From: an uncultured Acidobacteriota bacterium
GTDB lineage: Bacteria; Acidobacteriota; Vicinamibacteria; Vicinamibacterales; UBA2999
Assembly: GCA_963734635.1 (NCBI GenBank)
Contig: CAVTIA010000013.1
Coordinates: 14,649 to 78,648 of the forward strand
DNA length: 64,000 bases
Direction of reading: 5' to 3'
In this document: positions 16,789 through 25,832 of the stretch, piece by piece
Numbering within the stretch: the first letter of the stretch is position 1
Layout of the letters: every line of letters begins with the position of its first letter
The notes under the pieces: model-generated
Database searches by the model: none
The model's input: the letters and a program-made list of their open reading frames with translations, nothing else
What the model was told of the DNA's origin: nothing
Position numbers and translations under genes: made by a program

Positions 16789-18021
16789 GTGGCCGGCGCA
16801 GACACCAAACAAGCCGAGAAAGCGTATCTGGCGCGAACCGGTTCTTCCGCGTGGGAGCGTACGAAGCCGTTCTCGCCACCGGGACTGGATACGCTGCAGG
16901 AAAGCGCCCGAATGCTGCAGGACTTTGCGGTGGCGATGCTGACCCTGCAGCCTTCCCCCGACGATCTCATCCTCGATCTCGGAGCGGGTGGTTGCTGGTG
17001 TTCCGACCTGCTCGGACGGTTGAACAGGTCGGCGGTCGCCGTTGACATTTCGCTCGATATGCTGCGCGCCGGACGATCGCGCGCCAGTGGGACTATCCGC
17101 GCCGTTGCCGGCGACATCGAATCGCTCCCCTTCAAGTCTGCGGTGTTCCAGAAAGTCGTCTGCCTCAGCGCCATCCACCACGTGCCTGACGCCGCACGCG
17201 CCGTCAGCGAGGTGGCAAGGGTGCTCACCGATGGAGGGATGGCGCTGTTTTCAGAGCCGGGGCGCGGCCACGCCGACGCACCTGTGGCTGCCGCAGCCGT
17301 TCGCGACTACGGAGTGCTCGAGCAGGATGTGATCGTTGGGACGTTCATGCGCCACTGCCAGGCGGCGGGTTTCGAGCACGTATCGATCAAGCCGCTCTCG
17401 CATTGTGTTCCCGCCGTCGATTTGACATTGGAGCAGTGGGACGCGTGGACTCGGCTCGCAGCATCGATCAGACCGCGCCGTGCGCTCGCGAAGATCGGCT
17501 TTGCGGTTGCGGAGCTGTTCGGTTTTGGCAAGCGCGGCCCCCTTTTCGAAGAGGCGCTCGCCATAACAATGGTCCGCACCCTGCGACAGGTCCTCGAGCA
17601 TCACCCGGTCATCGTGGCCGCGAAGACGCGGGCCGACGCACCCGACCGCGCGCGTTGGCGAGCGACAATCGCCGCCGAGGCGGCCGAGTCGACGCTTCAT
17701 GGCGGCACCATGGAAATCAAGGTAACGGCGGCAAACGTCGGTTCCGCCACCTGGCGGCCCTCCAGCGCCTCCGGCGTCGGCCATGTTCGATTGGGTCTGC
17801 AGCTGCTCGACGCCGAGGGGCGGGTCATTGTGAAGGACTTCCACCGCGTTGCGCTGCCTCGCGCGATCGCGCCGGGTCAGACCGTCGCGTTCGCGTTCTC
17901 CTGTCCCGCTCCTCCGGAGCCAGGAAACTACGGGCTCAAGTGTGATCTTGTCGCCGAAGGCGTCACGTGGTTCGAGACCGAGGGTTCAGTGCCGGCGAGC
18001 CGAAAGCTGCTGGTGGTTTGA
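16789..18021 (+). CDS. class I SAM-dependent methyltransferase with C-terminal Ig-like/beta-sandwich domain
   Basis: ILDLGAGGCWCS (motif I), VAVDIS, AGDIESLPF, LSAIHHV, LTDGGMALFSEPG. The C-terminus reads IKVTAANVGSATW...PGNYGLKCDLVAEGVTWF. Confidence 0.8.
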   Translation: MAGADTKQAEKAYLARTGSSAWERTKPFSPPGLDTLQESARMLQDFAVAMLTLQPSPDDLILDLGAGGCWCSDLLGRLNRSAVAVDISLDMLRAGRSRASGTIRAVAGDIESLPFKSAVFQKVVCLSAIHHVPDAARAVSEVARVLTDGGMALFSEPGRGHADAPVAAAAVRDYGVLEQDVIVGTFMRHCQAAGFEHVSIKPLSHCVPAVDLTLEQWDAWTRLAASIRPRRALAKIGFAVAELFGFGKRGPLFEEALAITMVRTLRQVLEHHPVIVAAKTRADAPDRARWRATIAAEAAESTLHGGTMEIKVTAANVGSATWRPSSASGVGHVRLGLQLLDAEGRVIVKDFHRVALPRAIAPGQTVAFAFSCPAPPEPGNYGLKCDLVAEGVTWFETEGSVPASRKLLVV

Positions 18022-18042
18022 ACCTGCTGTCACGAACTCGAT

Positions 18043-18086
18043 GGGGAAGAGGGGAAGAGGAAGAGGAAGAGGGGGAAGCCAGGGGG
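18043..18086 (+). repeat. purine-only GGGGAAGA/GGAAGA tandem tract with four G4-G5 runs
   Basis: ggggaaga ggggaaga ggaaga ggaaga gggggaag cc aggggg. Lies between convergent stops (18021 on +, 18089 on -). Confidence 0.85.
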
Positions 18087-18088
18087 AT

Positions 18089-19084
18089 TCAGGATAAGCG
18101 CCTCAGTACGAGAGCGGTGGAAGTTGATGTGCGACGCTGCCGGCGGGTCGAGGGACAGATGCGTGCCACCGTAGATTCAAGGCTCTCGAGCGCACGTGCA
18201 AGCTCCTGAAGCCGGTTGGCCGCCCGTAGAGTCACCTCCTCGAAATCGTCGTCCGCCATCGCGTTCTCGGCAAGGGTCGGTGTTGCTTCCAGCGGTATAG
18301 GAGCCGTCGACGGCAGCTCGAGCTCGCGTTGAAATTGCGCCGCCACCAGGTATCGAAGATGGTCGGTGACCTTCGATACTTCGCTCCGCACAATGCGCGC
18401 GGGAACGAAGAGATCCGTGTCCGGATGCCATAGCTCGTTCCCGTTCGCACACAATTCGAATGTGACAGAGCTGCCCGGCATCAGCGCCGAGTCGCACTCG
18501 ATCAGCAGTCCGCTGTTCGAGATGTTGACCACTTGCCTGACGTAGCCGGACGGCAGCCGCACACCTGTGAGCCAGGAAAGATCCTGTGCCGCCCAGCGGT
18601 GAGCACGAGGAACGCAGACGGCTTGATGGACCTGGCCCGGCGGGCCATTGAAACCACCAGCATCGCCTAGCGCCATCTCCAATGCGACGCGCATGCGCGT
18701 TCCAAGGGCGTCCCGCATCGGCACCGTTTCCGTTGCAGGAGAGCGCCGCAGTACACGATAGAGGCCCGACGATATCGACGCCTTCTCTGCTTGCCGCTCA
18801 ATAATCGGCGACACCATGAGCACCGGGACGTTTACCTGAGTCGTCTGCCGGAGGAACTCCATGAGTGCGCGCTCTTCGTGTGGCGGCGTGAATGCCGACA
18901 TCAGAATCAGTTCGGGCACTTGCCTGGCGATGACGGCCACGGCGACGCTTGCTGATGCAGACACGACTACCTTCGCGTCAATGTAGTCATGCACGAGTTG
19001 CGTGAGCGCATGTGCCCGAATGGGGTCCGGCTCGATGGCCAGGATGTTCGGAACCCGGGGTGTGTTTTGGCTCGAAGCGGTCAT
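18089..19084 (-). CDS. receiver-like (pseudo-REC) plus PilZ-like domain protein
   Basis: NILAIEPDP...PELILMSAF has Ser where the phospho-acceptor Asp is expected. The PilZ-like part has PRAHRW ... VVNISNSGLLIE (NxSxxG present, RxxxR degenerate). Confidence 0.65.
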   Translation of the reverse strand: MTASSQNTPRVPNILAIEPDPIRAHALTQLVHDYIDAKVVVSASASVAVAVIARQVPELILMSAFTPPHEERALMEFLRQTTQVNVPVLMVSPIIERQAEKASISSGLYRVLRRSPATETVPMRDALGTRMRVALEMALGDAGGFNGPPGQVHQAVCVPRAHRWAAQDLSWLTGVRLPSGYVRQVVNISNSGLLIECDSALMPGSSVTFELCANGNELWHPDTDLFVPARIVRSEVSKVTDHLRYLVAAQFQRELELPSTAPIPLEATPTLAENAMADDDFEEVTLRAANRLQELARALESLESTVARICPSTRRQRRTSTSTALVLRRLS

Positions 19085-19350
19085 GATTCCTGCCTTACCA
19101 GGGGCAACTGCCGCGCCATTGCGCCAGTTCGCCCGTCGTACACCGCGAAACCTCTGGGGCACCTGAATTTACGTGCTCGTCTCCCGAGTCGTGCGCTTGA
19201 CCACCGAACCGTGTGCGTGTCTCATGGTGGAGCACACGCGTCGATACTTGTCGTTCAAGTCTCGTTTCGTCACATGACGCCGCGCTGCCCGTCTGGTGGT
19301 TGAATCGAACCCTCACAGTTCCCTCTCGATCAAAATGACGGCGGGCCCGG

Positions 19351-20850
19351 TCACGCCGCTTGTTGATAATCCTCAACCAGGGTCGGCACGATCCTGGCGG
19401 CTGGGATGTCGATTGGATCAGCAGTTGAAGATTCGGTCAGAACGGTTCGCATCGCTGCGACGCATTCAGCGTCGAGCGCGGTACCAGCCTGGCGGTCCAT
19501 GATCTCGAGCACACGGTCAATCGGCAGACCCGGACGATACGGCCGTGAGCCGCGCAGGGCGTCGCAAATATCGGCGACCGACAGAATTCGTGCGCGCAGG
19601 TTTAATTCGTTCGCCTGGCGTCCCTGGTGATAGCCGCGGCCGTCGAGGCGTTCATGATGTGCCGAAGCATCCTCGGCCAGACGGCGAAAGCAGGACAGCC
19701 TGTTGAGGATCTCGAATGTGTGCTCCGGATGCCGCCGCATGACCGCGAATTCCGCGTCGGTCAGCTTGTCCGGCTTGTCCAGAATGAGATTCGACACGCT
19801 CAGTTTGCCGAGATCATGCAGGAGCGCGGCACGTTGGAGTGCTCGCAGCTCGACGGCTGACAATCCGAGAAAGCGACCTATGGCTACTGCCATCTCTGCG
19901 ACGCCGTGCGAGTGCCGATAGGTCCACGGCGATTTGGCATCGATCACGCGGGCAAACGCCTCGGCTATCTGATCGAGCTCTCCTTCATCGGCAAACATGA
20001 CGCGATCGGCCGGCTCGACGAGTTGCAGTTTCACCGCGTCGCCGGACCCGAGCTCGCGCCAGAAGGAGGCGTCGTCGCATATCGAGAGCAGCGCATCGAC
20101 CAATGTCGGCTCGAACCAGGTGCCGCGCCGTGCGACAGCCATGTCGTATGCGGTAAGCACGCCGTATTCCGTGAAGAAGACTTCGACGGTTTGCGCCAGG
20201 CCCAGAATGCGAGCGTGCAACGGAATGGCGTCGCCTTTCAGTCCGTACGGCTGGCCGTGTCCGTCCCAGTGTTCGTCGAGCGCGCGGATGGCACTGGCGG
20301 TGGCTTCACTGAGACCAAGCTGTCGTGCAATGTCTGCCCCGCGCTCGCAGCGCGTTCGCACCACGGAGCGGGCGCCTTCTGGTCCATGTGAGAGCACTGC
20401 AAGGACGCGCCAGACCCTTTGCAAAAGCGCCGCGCCCGGCGCCGCGTTACGAAGGACGTATCGGAACGATTGCAACGCTTGCGACCAGTCGATGTGCTTG
20501 AGGTTGGTCTTCAGATCGTGGTCGTTCGATCCGAAGAGCGCTGCAAATCGCGCCGCGTTGCTCGAGCAGCCCAGGTCTTTCATGAGGAGCGCATAGAACA
20601 GCGCCGACCGCTCCTCGCGCGGGAGGTTGATGACCTCGGCGATCCGCATTCCGATCAGGCAGCTTCGAATGGAATGACCTGGCCGCTGGCCTTCGGTCAG
20701 GTCGAGCGCGTACGAAAGGCCAGCGAGTACCTGGGACAGACGGATGCCGTCATCGCTGCCGTGCCCATCGGCGGCGCGATATCTCGTCGTCAACCAGTGG
20801 CGTGTCGCCGTGTCAGAGTTCGATGACGATGGCGTCGTCGTGCGTGACAT
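19351..20850 (-). CDS. tandem HD-GYP-type phosphohydrolase (N-terminal degenerate, C-terminal intact)
   Basis: The C-terminal domain has AALLHDLGKLSV and HHERLDGRGYHQG. The N-terminal copy has LLMKDLGC (HD lost). An alternative GTG start lies at 20889. Confidence 0.8.
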   Translation of the reverse strand: MSRTTTPSSSNSDTATRHWLTTRYRAADGHGSDDGIRLSQVLAGLSYALDLTEGQRPGHSIRSCLIGMRIAEVINLPREERSALFYALLMKDLGCSSNAARFAALFGSNDHDLKTNLKHIDWSQALQSFRYVLRNAAPGAALLQRVWRVLAVLSHGPEGARSVVRTRCERGADIARQLGLSEATASAIRALDEHWDGHGQPYGLKGDAIPLHARILGLAQTVEVFFTEYGVLTAYDMAVARRGTWFEPTLVDALLSICDDASFWRELGSGDAVKLQLVEPADRVMFADEGELDQIAEAFARVIDAKSPWTYRHSHGVAEMAVAIGRFLGLSAVELRALQRAALLHDLGKLSVSNLILDKPDKLTDAEFAVMRRHPEHTFEILNRLSCFRRLAEDASAHHERLDGRGYHQGRQANELNLRARILSVADICDALRGSRPYRPGLPIDRVLEIMDRQAGTALDAECVAAMRTVLTESSTADPIDIPAARIVPTLVEDYQQAA

Positions 20851-21263
20851 TGAGCTCACCAGAGCCTGGGGGCCCTTGTGGTTACGCACGGCCGTTGCCG
20901 GCCTGAGGGTAGAGGAGGTGGTCCGCCTGTAAGCTGCTATGCCCGCAGCGCTTTGGTCGAATTGGTCAGAACGGCGCGATGGTGCAATTCAACGAAGCGG
21001 GTGTCGCAAGACGGCACATTCGGTTTCCGCCCTGTAAGTGCCCGGAAAACCGAGGTTCCTGGCGCGCATGACCAGTCGCCGCTGACAACTATCACCGGAA
21101 GTGTTCCATCCTGGAACGTGCTGCATCGGTCGCGCGCACCTGGCAGCTGGGACTCCTCTACGTCTGTAACCGTAGAACGCATATGAACTTAGCGGGCAGC
21201 CGGTTGCCCGTCCCCGGCGCTTGGCGTCGTGATTGCCCTGGACCAGTCCAGGAGAGTGATCAC

Positions 21264-21419
21264 ATGCCGCGTTTCACTCGGATTGCATACAGCCTTGCCG
21301 GCCTGCTCTTGCTGCACGTGCTGAACCCGACCGTCGCGTGGCTGGTACTTGGCGGCGGGCTCGCTTACATGATTGGCGACTGGCGAAGGCGAGCGTTGCG
21401 TACTGCCGTGTCGTCCTGA
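21264..21419 (+). CDS. small membrane protein (51 aa)
   Basis: GGAGAG upstream of ATG 21264. MPRFTRIAYSLAGLLLLHVLNPTVAWLVLGGGLAYMIGDW (two hydrophobic segments). Confidence 0.35.
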   Translation: MPRFTRIAYSLAGLLLLHVLNPTVAWLVLGGGLAYMIGDWRRRALRTAVSS

Positions 21420-21473
21420 AAGGTGGAGCAGGAATGCCGCGATGGACAGAGTTCATCTTGCAGCTGACGCGCC

Positions 21474-21764
21474 ATGCGCATCTTTCATAGCACGGTGAGC
21501 GCCAAGGCAGCGGTCATCGTGCGCGAAGGATTCAAGGACGACGAAGAGAAGTACTTGAGCGATTTCGCGTGGCGCGGCGTGTGGGTATCCGACCGACCGG
21601 TGCATGCCGAAGGTGCGCCGGGCAACGTATTCGTGACGCTCGAGATCCCGGCGGAGCTGTTTGAAGAGTACGAATGGGCGCAGGACGACGCCGCATACCG
21701 GGGAAGCCTCATCCCGGCGACGGTCCTCAATCGATACGGACCGCCACAGTTCGTCGAGAATTAG
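21474..21764 (+). CDS. hypothetical protein (96 aa)
   Basis: The ORF has plausible codon bias. No family recognised. Confidence 0.45.
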   Translation: MRIFHSTVSAKAAVIVREGFKDDEEKYLSDFAWRGVWVSDRPVHAEGAPGNVFVTLEIPAELFEEYEWAQDDAAYRGSLIPATVLNRYGPPQFVEN

Positions 21765-21828
21765 GCCGGGCCCTTTGGGACCCGCCTCGCGATCCTCGCA
21801 ACTTGCTAACCGGTCGCGGTTCGGCATC

Positions 21829-22602
21829 TCAGACGAACCAGGAAACGGTCATTCCGAGTATGGCGCCCACCACCACATCCAGCGCGTAGTGATAGCGGCC
21901 TAGCACGGCTCCCGCAGCAATGGCGCTGGCGATGACCAGGAGTACTATCCCGGCTGGCTGCGATATCGACATCACCTCGAGCGCTGCGGCCAGCGAGACG
22001 GCGACATGTCCGCTCGGGAACGTGTTCAGGCCGTGGCTGATGCGTTTGAGCACGAACTCATTTACGCGATGTACCCCCGCATTCGCGACCAGTGCTGCGT
22101 TCAGCGTGCGCGGCGGGCGACTGACCAGCCAGGGCAGCGACGCGTAGCAGAAAAATCCCGAGAGCAACACCGCGGTCCAGAATCGATCGACGTCGGCCAT
22201 GGTGCCGCTGGTCCAGACGAGAACGAACGCTACTGGAACCAGCACGTAGCACAAGAGATACGACAGCTCGAGGATCGACGCCGCCCACGCCGGAAGGCTG
22301 ATCGCGAAAATCCGGCACCACTGGTCGCTGCGCACCAGCCACGATTCGAAGCGGCCTGGTGGATCTGACGGGGGGATGAGCAGGGCTGGAATCCAGTACC
22401 CGGCAACGAGGTACGCATGCCCGAGCCAACCGCGGATCGCGTCGCCTGCCTGACTGGCCGCGATCACTGCTATCGCAATCATCGCGGACAAAAGCGCCGC
22501 TTGCGCGCGGCGGTGTCTGGAAGCCTGCGTGGCCAACGCGGCTGCGGCGAATGCGATAAAGAATGCGCTGGCGAGGGATTCAAATGTCAGCGGAGGGCGC
22601 AC
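21829..22602 (-). CDS. PAP2-superfamily membrane phosphatase
   Basis: Multi-TM protein. PAP2 motifs FPSGHVAVSL and GRYHYALDVVVG. Confidence 0.8.
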   Translation of the reverse strand: MRPPLTFESLASAFFIAFAAAALATQASRHRRAQAALLSAMIAIAVIAASQAGDAIRGWLGHAYLVAGYWIPALLIPPSDPPGRFESWLVRSDQWCRIFAISLPAWAASILELSYLLCYVLVPVAFVLVWTSGTMADVDRFWTAVLLSGFFCYASLPWLVSRPPRTLNAALVANAGVHRVNEFVLKRISHGLNTFPSGHVAVSLAAALEVMSISQPAGIVLLVIASAIAAGAVLGRYHYALDVVVGAILGMTVSWFV

Positions 22603-23435
22603 GTGATCGTGGCAAGCGTACCGCCTTTGCCGCCACCTTCGCCCACGAGATAGATGACGCCGTCAGGGCCGAATGCCACGCCTTCGCCCTGGCGCTCCTT
22701 GAGCGGCTTGAGGGCGAATCGGCGCGGCTGAACGCTCTTTCCCGCGACCAGGTCGGCCGCTGGATAGAACAGTAATTCTGTGTTCGTTCTCAGGGCGACC
22801 CAATTGCCATCCGGCGATGCGGCTCCCCCCGTTACGCGGTCCAGCGGCAACGGCGCCACGAGCTGCAGCCGTCCACCCGACCCGCCCGGCGAAGGCACGC
22901 GGTAGAGCGCCGTTGTACGGGCATCTTCCTTCGATACCAGAAACAGTTGGCCGCCGGACGTCACAAAGATCGCCTCTGCGTCGTGGGCGCGGTCCGGATA
23001 CGTCATCGTCCAGGCTTGGGCGGGTGCAGTCGCCTTGTCATCGGCGCGAGGCTCTGGAACTTGGAAGATCGTGATTCCGCTGCGGGTTCGGTTGTTGTCT
23101 CCGATGTCGGCGATGTACAGGCACGACCCTTCCGGACATTGGCCAATGGCAAGATCCTCCCAGTCGTCGACGGTTACACCGGTCAATTCGACGCGCCCCC
23201 TCGCGTTGCCCGCATTGTCAAAGGCAAACAGGCTGGCACGACCTGAGTCGTTGTGCGACCAGAGGATGCCAGGTGTTCGGCGGCTCACGGCGACGCCGCT
23301 TGCTTCCCCGACGCCGGCGAGCGGGGTTACCCCGGCGGTGACCGTGCACAACGGCGGCTGCGCCCCGGCGAGGGATCCCTCGAACACCGCGGCCGTCAAA
23401 ATCCCGCAGAGCAGCAATCGTGACCGTGCGATCAT
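22587..23435 (-). CDS. secreted beta-propeller-like hypothetical protein
   Basis: ATG 23435 gives the signal peptide MIARSRLLLCGILTAAVFEGSLAGAQ. EASGVAVS...LWSHNDSG...DWEDLAIG...LYIADIGDN is a repeated-blade-like pattern. Function not assignable. Confidence 0.6.
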   Translation of the reverse strand: MIARSRLLLCGILTAAVFEGSLAGAQPPLCTVTAGVTPLAGVGEASGVAVSRRTPGILWSHNDSGRASLFAFDNAGNARGRVELTGVTVDDWEDLAIGQCPEGSCLYIADIGDNNRTRSGITIFQVPEPRADDKATAPAQAWTMTYPDRAHDAEAIFVTSGGQLFLVSKEDARTTALYRVPSPGGSGGRLQLVAPLPLDRVTGGAASPDGNWVALRTNTELLFYPAADLVAGKSVQPRRFALKPLKERQGEGVAFGPDGVIYLVGEGGGKGGTLATITCALR

Positions 23436-23443
23436 CGGCGCCA

Positions 23444-23896
23444 ATGGTCAACCTCTACATTCTGTGCATGGTGGGAGCCGGCGCTGCAGTTGCGACACAG
23501 ATAGCGATCAATGCGCATCTGGGTGCGGTGACCGGCAGCGCTCTGTGGGCAGCGAACATCTCTTTTGCGGTGTCCATCGTCGCCGGTCTGGTCGCTCTTG
23601 GTACGGCCATTCTGCTGGGCGAGATGCCGCTTCCGAACCCGGCAGTCTGGAACGCGCCCTCCTGGATTTGGCTCGGCGGTCTCGGAGGAGCCACCTATGT
23701 GCTCCTTGCAATTCTGCTGACGCATCGCCTTGGCGCGGCGGTCCTCTCAGCGGCCGGAATCCTCGGACAGCTCTCTACGTCGCTGCTCATCGACCATTAT
23801 GGATGGTTTGGCGTGCCGGTCCATCGGATGTCGGCGACGCGTCTCGTGGGGATCCTGCTGCTCACGCTCGGGGTAGTGCTACTGCGGTGGAAGTAA
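23444..23896 (+). CDS. DMT-superfamily transporter, YdcZ/DUF606 type
   Basis: About 150 aa with 5 TM helices. MVNLYILCMVGAGAAVATQIAINAHLG...LLIDHYGWFG is characteristic of DUF606. Confidence 0.8.
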   Translation: MVNLYILCMVGAGAAVATQIAINAHLGAVTGSALWAANISFAVSIVAGLVALGTAILLGEMPLPNPAVWNAPSWIWLGGLGGATYVLLAILLTHRLGAAVLSAAGILGQLSTSLLIDHYGWFGVPVHRMSATRLVGILLLTLGVVLLRWK

Positions 23897-23915
23897 AATC
23901 CCCTGTGGCTGCGCG

Positions 23916-23939
23916 GTCCGGCTAAAGCCGGACACTACG
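23916..23939 (-). repeat. REP-like element (GTAG plus palindrome), copy 1 of an inverted doublet
   Basis: The reverse complement is cgtagtgtccggctttagccggac, identical to the copy at 34831-34854. Confidence 0.85.
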
Positions 23940-23959
23940 TACTGTGATTGACTGTCGAT

Positions 23960-23983
23960 CGTAGTGTCCGCCTTCAGGCGGAC
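23960..23983 (+). repeat. REP-like element, copy 2 of the inverted doublet (stem variant GTCCGCC/GGCGGAC, loop TTCA)
   Basis: cgtagtgtccgccttcaggcggac. It overlaps the spurious GTG start of ORF 23964. Confidence 0.85.
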
Positions 23984-23993
23984 CCACAAACTC

Positions 23994-25790
23994 ATGGGAC
24001 ACATCGACAAACGAACACTTCACCTGGCCGTTCTCTTCGCGTTGACAGCGTTGCCTGCTGCCGCGCAGGGTTTTCGGCAGGACATCGTTGTAACCGCGGC
24101 CGCCACCCCCGTCGAGCTTGGCACGGTGACGCGAACGCTGACGGTGATTACCCGCGAACAAATCGAACGACTCCCGGTCAACAGCGTTGCCGACGTGCTG
24201 CGGCTCACGGGATCCGTGGACGTTCGCGCACGGGGTGAGCGCGGCATGCAGACGGACTTCGCGATCCGCGGCGCGAATTTCGGTCAAATGCTCGTCCTTG
24301 TCGACGGCACCCGGCTGAACGACGCACAAAGTGGGCATCACAACGGCGATATCCCCGTGCCCCTCGATGCAGTCGAGCGAATCGAGATCTTGTACGGGCC
24401 CGGTTCGTCATTGTTTGGCGCAGACGCATTCGGCGGCACCATCAACGTGATTACGAGGCGCGATGCGTCCCCAGCCTCGGGCGTGATTCAGGGAGGCAGT
24501 TTCGGCCTCGTTGCCGGGCGCGGTCAGGCCGGTTATACCCGCGGGCTCGTGCGCCAGACGTTCGCCGCGTCGATCGACCGGTCGTCGGGCTTCATGTTCG
24601 AGCGCGGGTTCGCCGCTGCGGGTGTCAGCTCGCGAACGTCGATCGGGAATCGCGGCGGCCTGCTGGTTTCGTATTTATGGAAAGACTTTGGCGCGAATGG
24701 ATTTTATGGGAACGCGCCTTCGCATGAATGGACCAACCAGACGCTGCTGGCGGCAGACCACGGCCTGGGCGCCTGGGCAGGCTGGCAGATGGGCGCCAAT
24801 CTCTCGTATCGAACGCATGGCGACCATTTTCTTTTCGACGTCCGCCGGCCCGGCGTTGCGGAAAACCGGCACAGGACGCATGCCGCGCTCGGCGCCGTCC
24901 GCGCGTCTCGCGGCGTCGGCAGTCGAGCCTCGGCTACGGTGGGCGTCGAGGCGGGTGCCGACTGGGTTCGATCCAACAATCTCGGCAATCATTCGACGAG
25001 CAGGGTGAGCGCGTTTGGTGAGTGGCGTCATGTGCTCAACACGAATACACAGCTCGACGCCAGCCTCCGCGTCGACCATTACACCGAGTTCGGCACCGCG
25101 TGGAACCCCGGGCTCGGCATTGGATGGTGGCCGGTTCCAACCGTCCGCCTGCGCGCATCGACGGGTCGCGCTTTTCGAGTGCCCACCTACACCGAGCGCT
25201 TTTATTCGGATCCGGCAAACTGGGCGCGCCCCGAAGTCGGACCGGAGGCTGCGTGGGCTGGCGAAGGCGGGGCTGACCTGTTCCTGTCGCAGAACTGGAC
25301 GGCCAGCGCCACGATCTTCGGCCGACTCGACCATGACGTGATCGACTGGCTCAGGCCGACCGTTGCCGACCGCTGGCGCACGTACAACATCCGGGATGTT
25401 GATACGGTGGGATTCGAGGTCTCCGTGAAGAGGACGATGAGCAGCGGTTCGTTCGTTCAGGCGGCGTACACGGGTCTCGATGTACAAGCAGACGCCGTTA
25501 CGCAGCTCTCGAAGTACGTCCTCGATTACGCACCGCACTCCGTAGCAGTGGCTGCGTCGATCGATACCCCTGGGGCCCTGCGAGTGGCGCCTCGTCTCGA
25601 ATACAAGCACCGCACGCGATCGACAGGGACAAGCGACTATGCGTTGTTCGACCTTCGCGTCAGCCGCTTGTTCGGCCTCTACGAAGTTCGCCTCGAAGGC
25701 ACCAATCTCGGCAACGCAAGCTACCAGGAGATTGTCGGCGTCGCTATGCCCGGCCGAGCGGTGACCGTCTCAGTCGCGGTCCGTCCGTAG
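23994..25790 (+). CDS. TonB-dependent outer-membrane receptor
   Basis: ATG 23994 gives the signal peptide MGHIDKRTLHLAVLFALTALPAAAQ. Plug region VITREQIERLPVNSVADVLR...IRG, followed by a long beta-barrel. Confidence 0.85.
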   Translation: MGHIDKRTLHLAVLFALTALPAAAQGFRQDIVVTAAATPVELGTVTRTLTVITREQIERLPVNSVADVLRLTGSVDVRARGERGMQTDFAIRGANFGQMLVLVDGTRLNDAQSGHHNGDIPVPLDAVERIEILYGPGSSLFGADAFGGTINVITRRDASPASGVIQGGSFGLVAGRGQAGYTRGLVRQTFAASIDRSSGFMFERGFAAAGVSSRTSIGNRGGLLVSYLWKDFGANGFYGNAPSHEWTNQTLLAADHGLGAWAGWQMGANLSYRTHGDHFLFDVRRPGVAENRHRTHAALGAVRASRGVGSRASATVGVEAGADWVRSNNLGNHSTSRVSAFGEWRHVLNTNTQLDASLRVDHYTEFGTAWNPGLGIGWWPVPTVRLRASTGRAFRVPTYTERFYSDPANWARPEVGPEAAWAGEGGADLFLSQNWTASATIFGRLDHDVIDWLRPTVADRWRTYNIRDVDTVGFEVSVKRTMSSGSFVQAAYTGLDVQADAVTQLSKYVLDYAPHSVAVAASIDTPGALRVAPRLEYKHRTRSTGTSDYALFDLRVSRLFGLYEVRLEGTNLGNASYQEIVGVAMPGRAVTVSVAVRP

Positions 25791-25832
25791 AACCGCCCCA
25801 GCCGCTGTGCGGTTTCGGCAGCAATCTCTCCG

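Noticed and set aside
20890-21260. 370-nt non-coding region upstream of the HD-GYP gene, considered as a c-di-GMP (GEMM) riboswitch or other ncRNA.
   Set aside because: I could not find the GEMM conserved GGCAAA/ACGCAAAGC-type blocks or any convincing conserved structure by eye. A covariance-model scan is needed before any claim.
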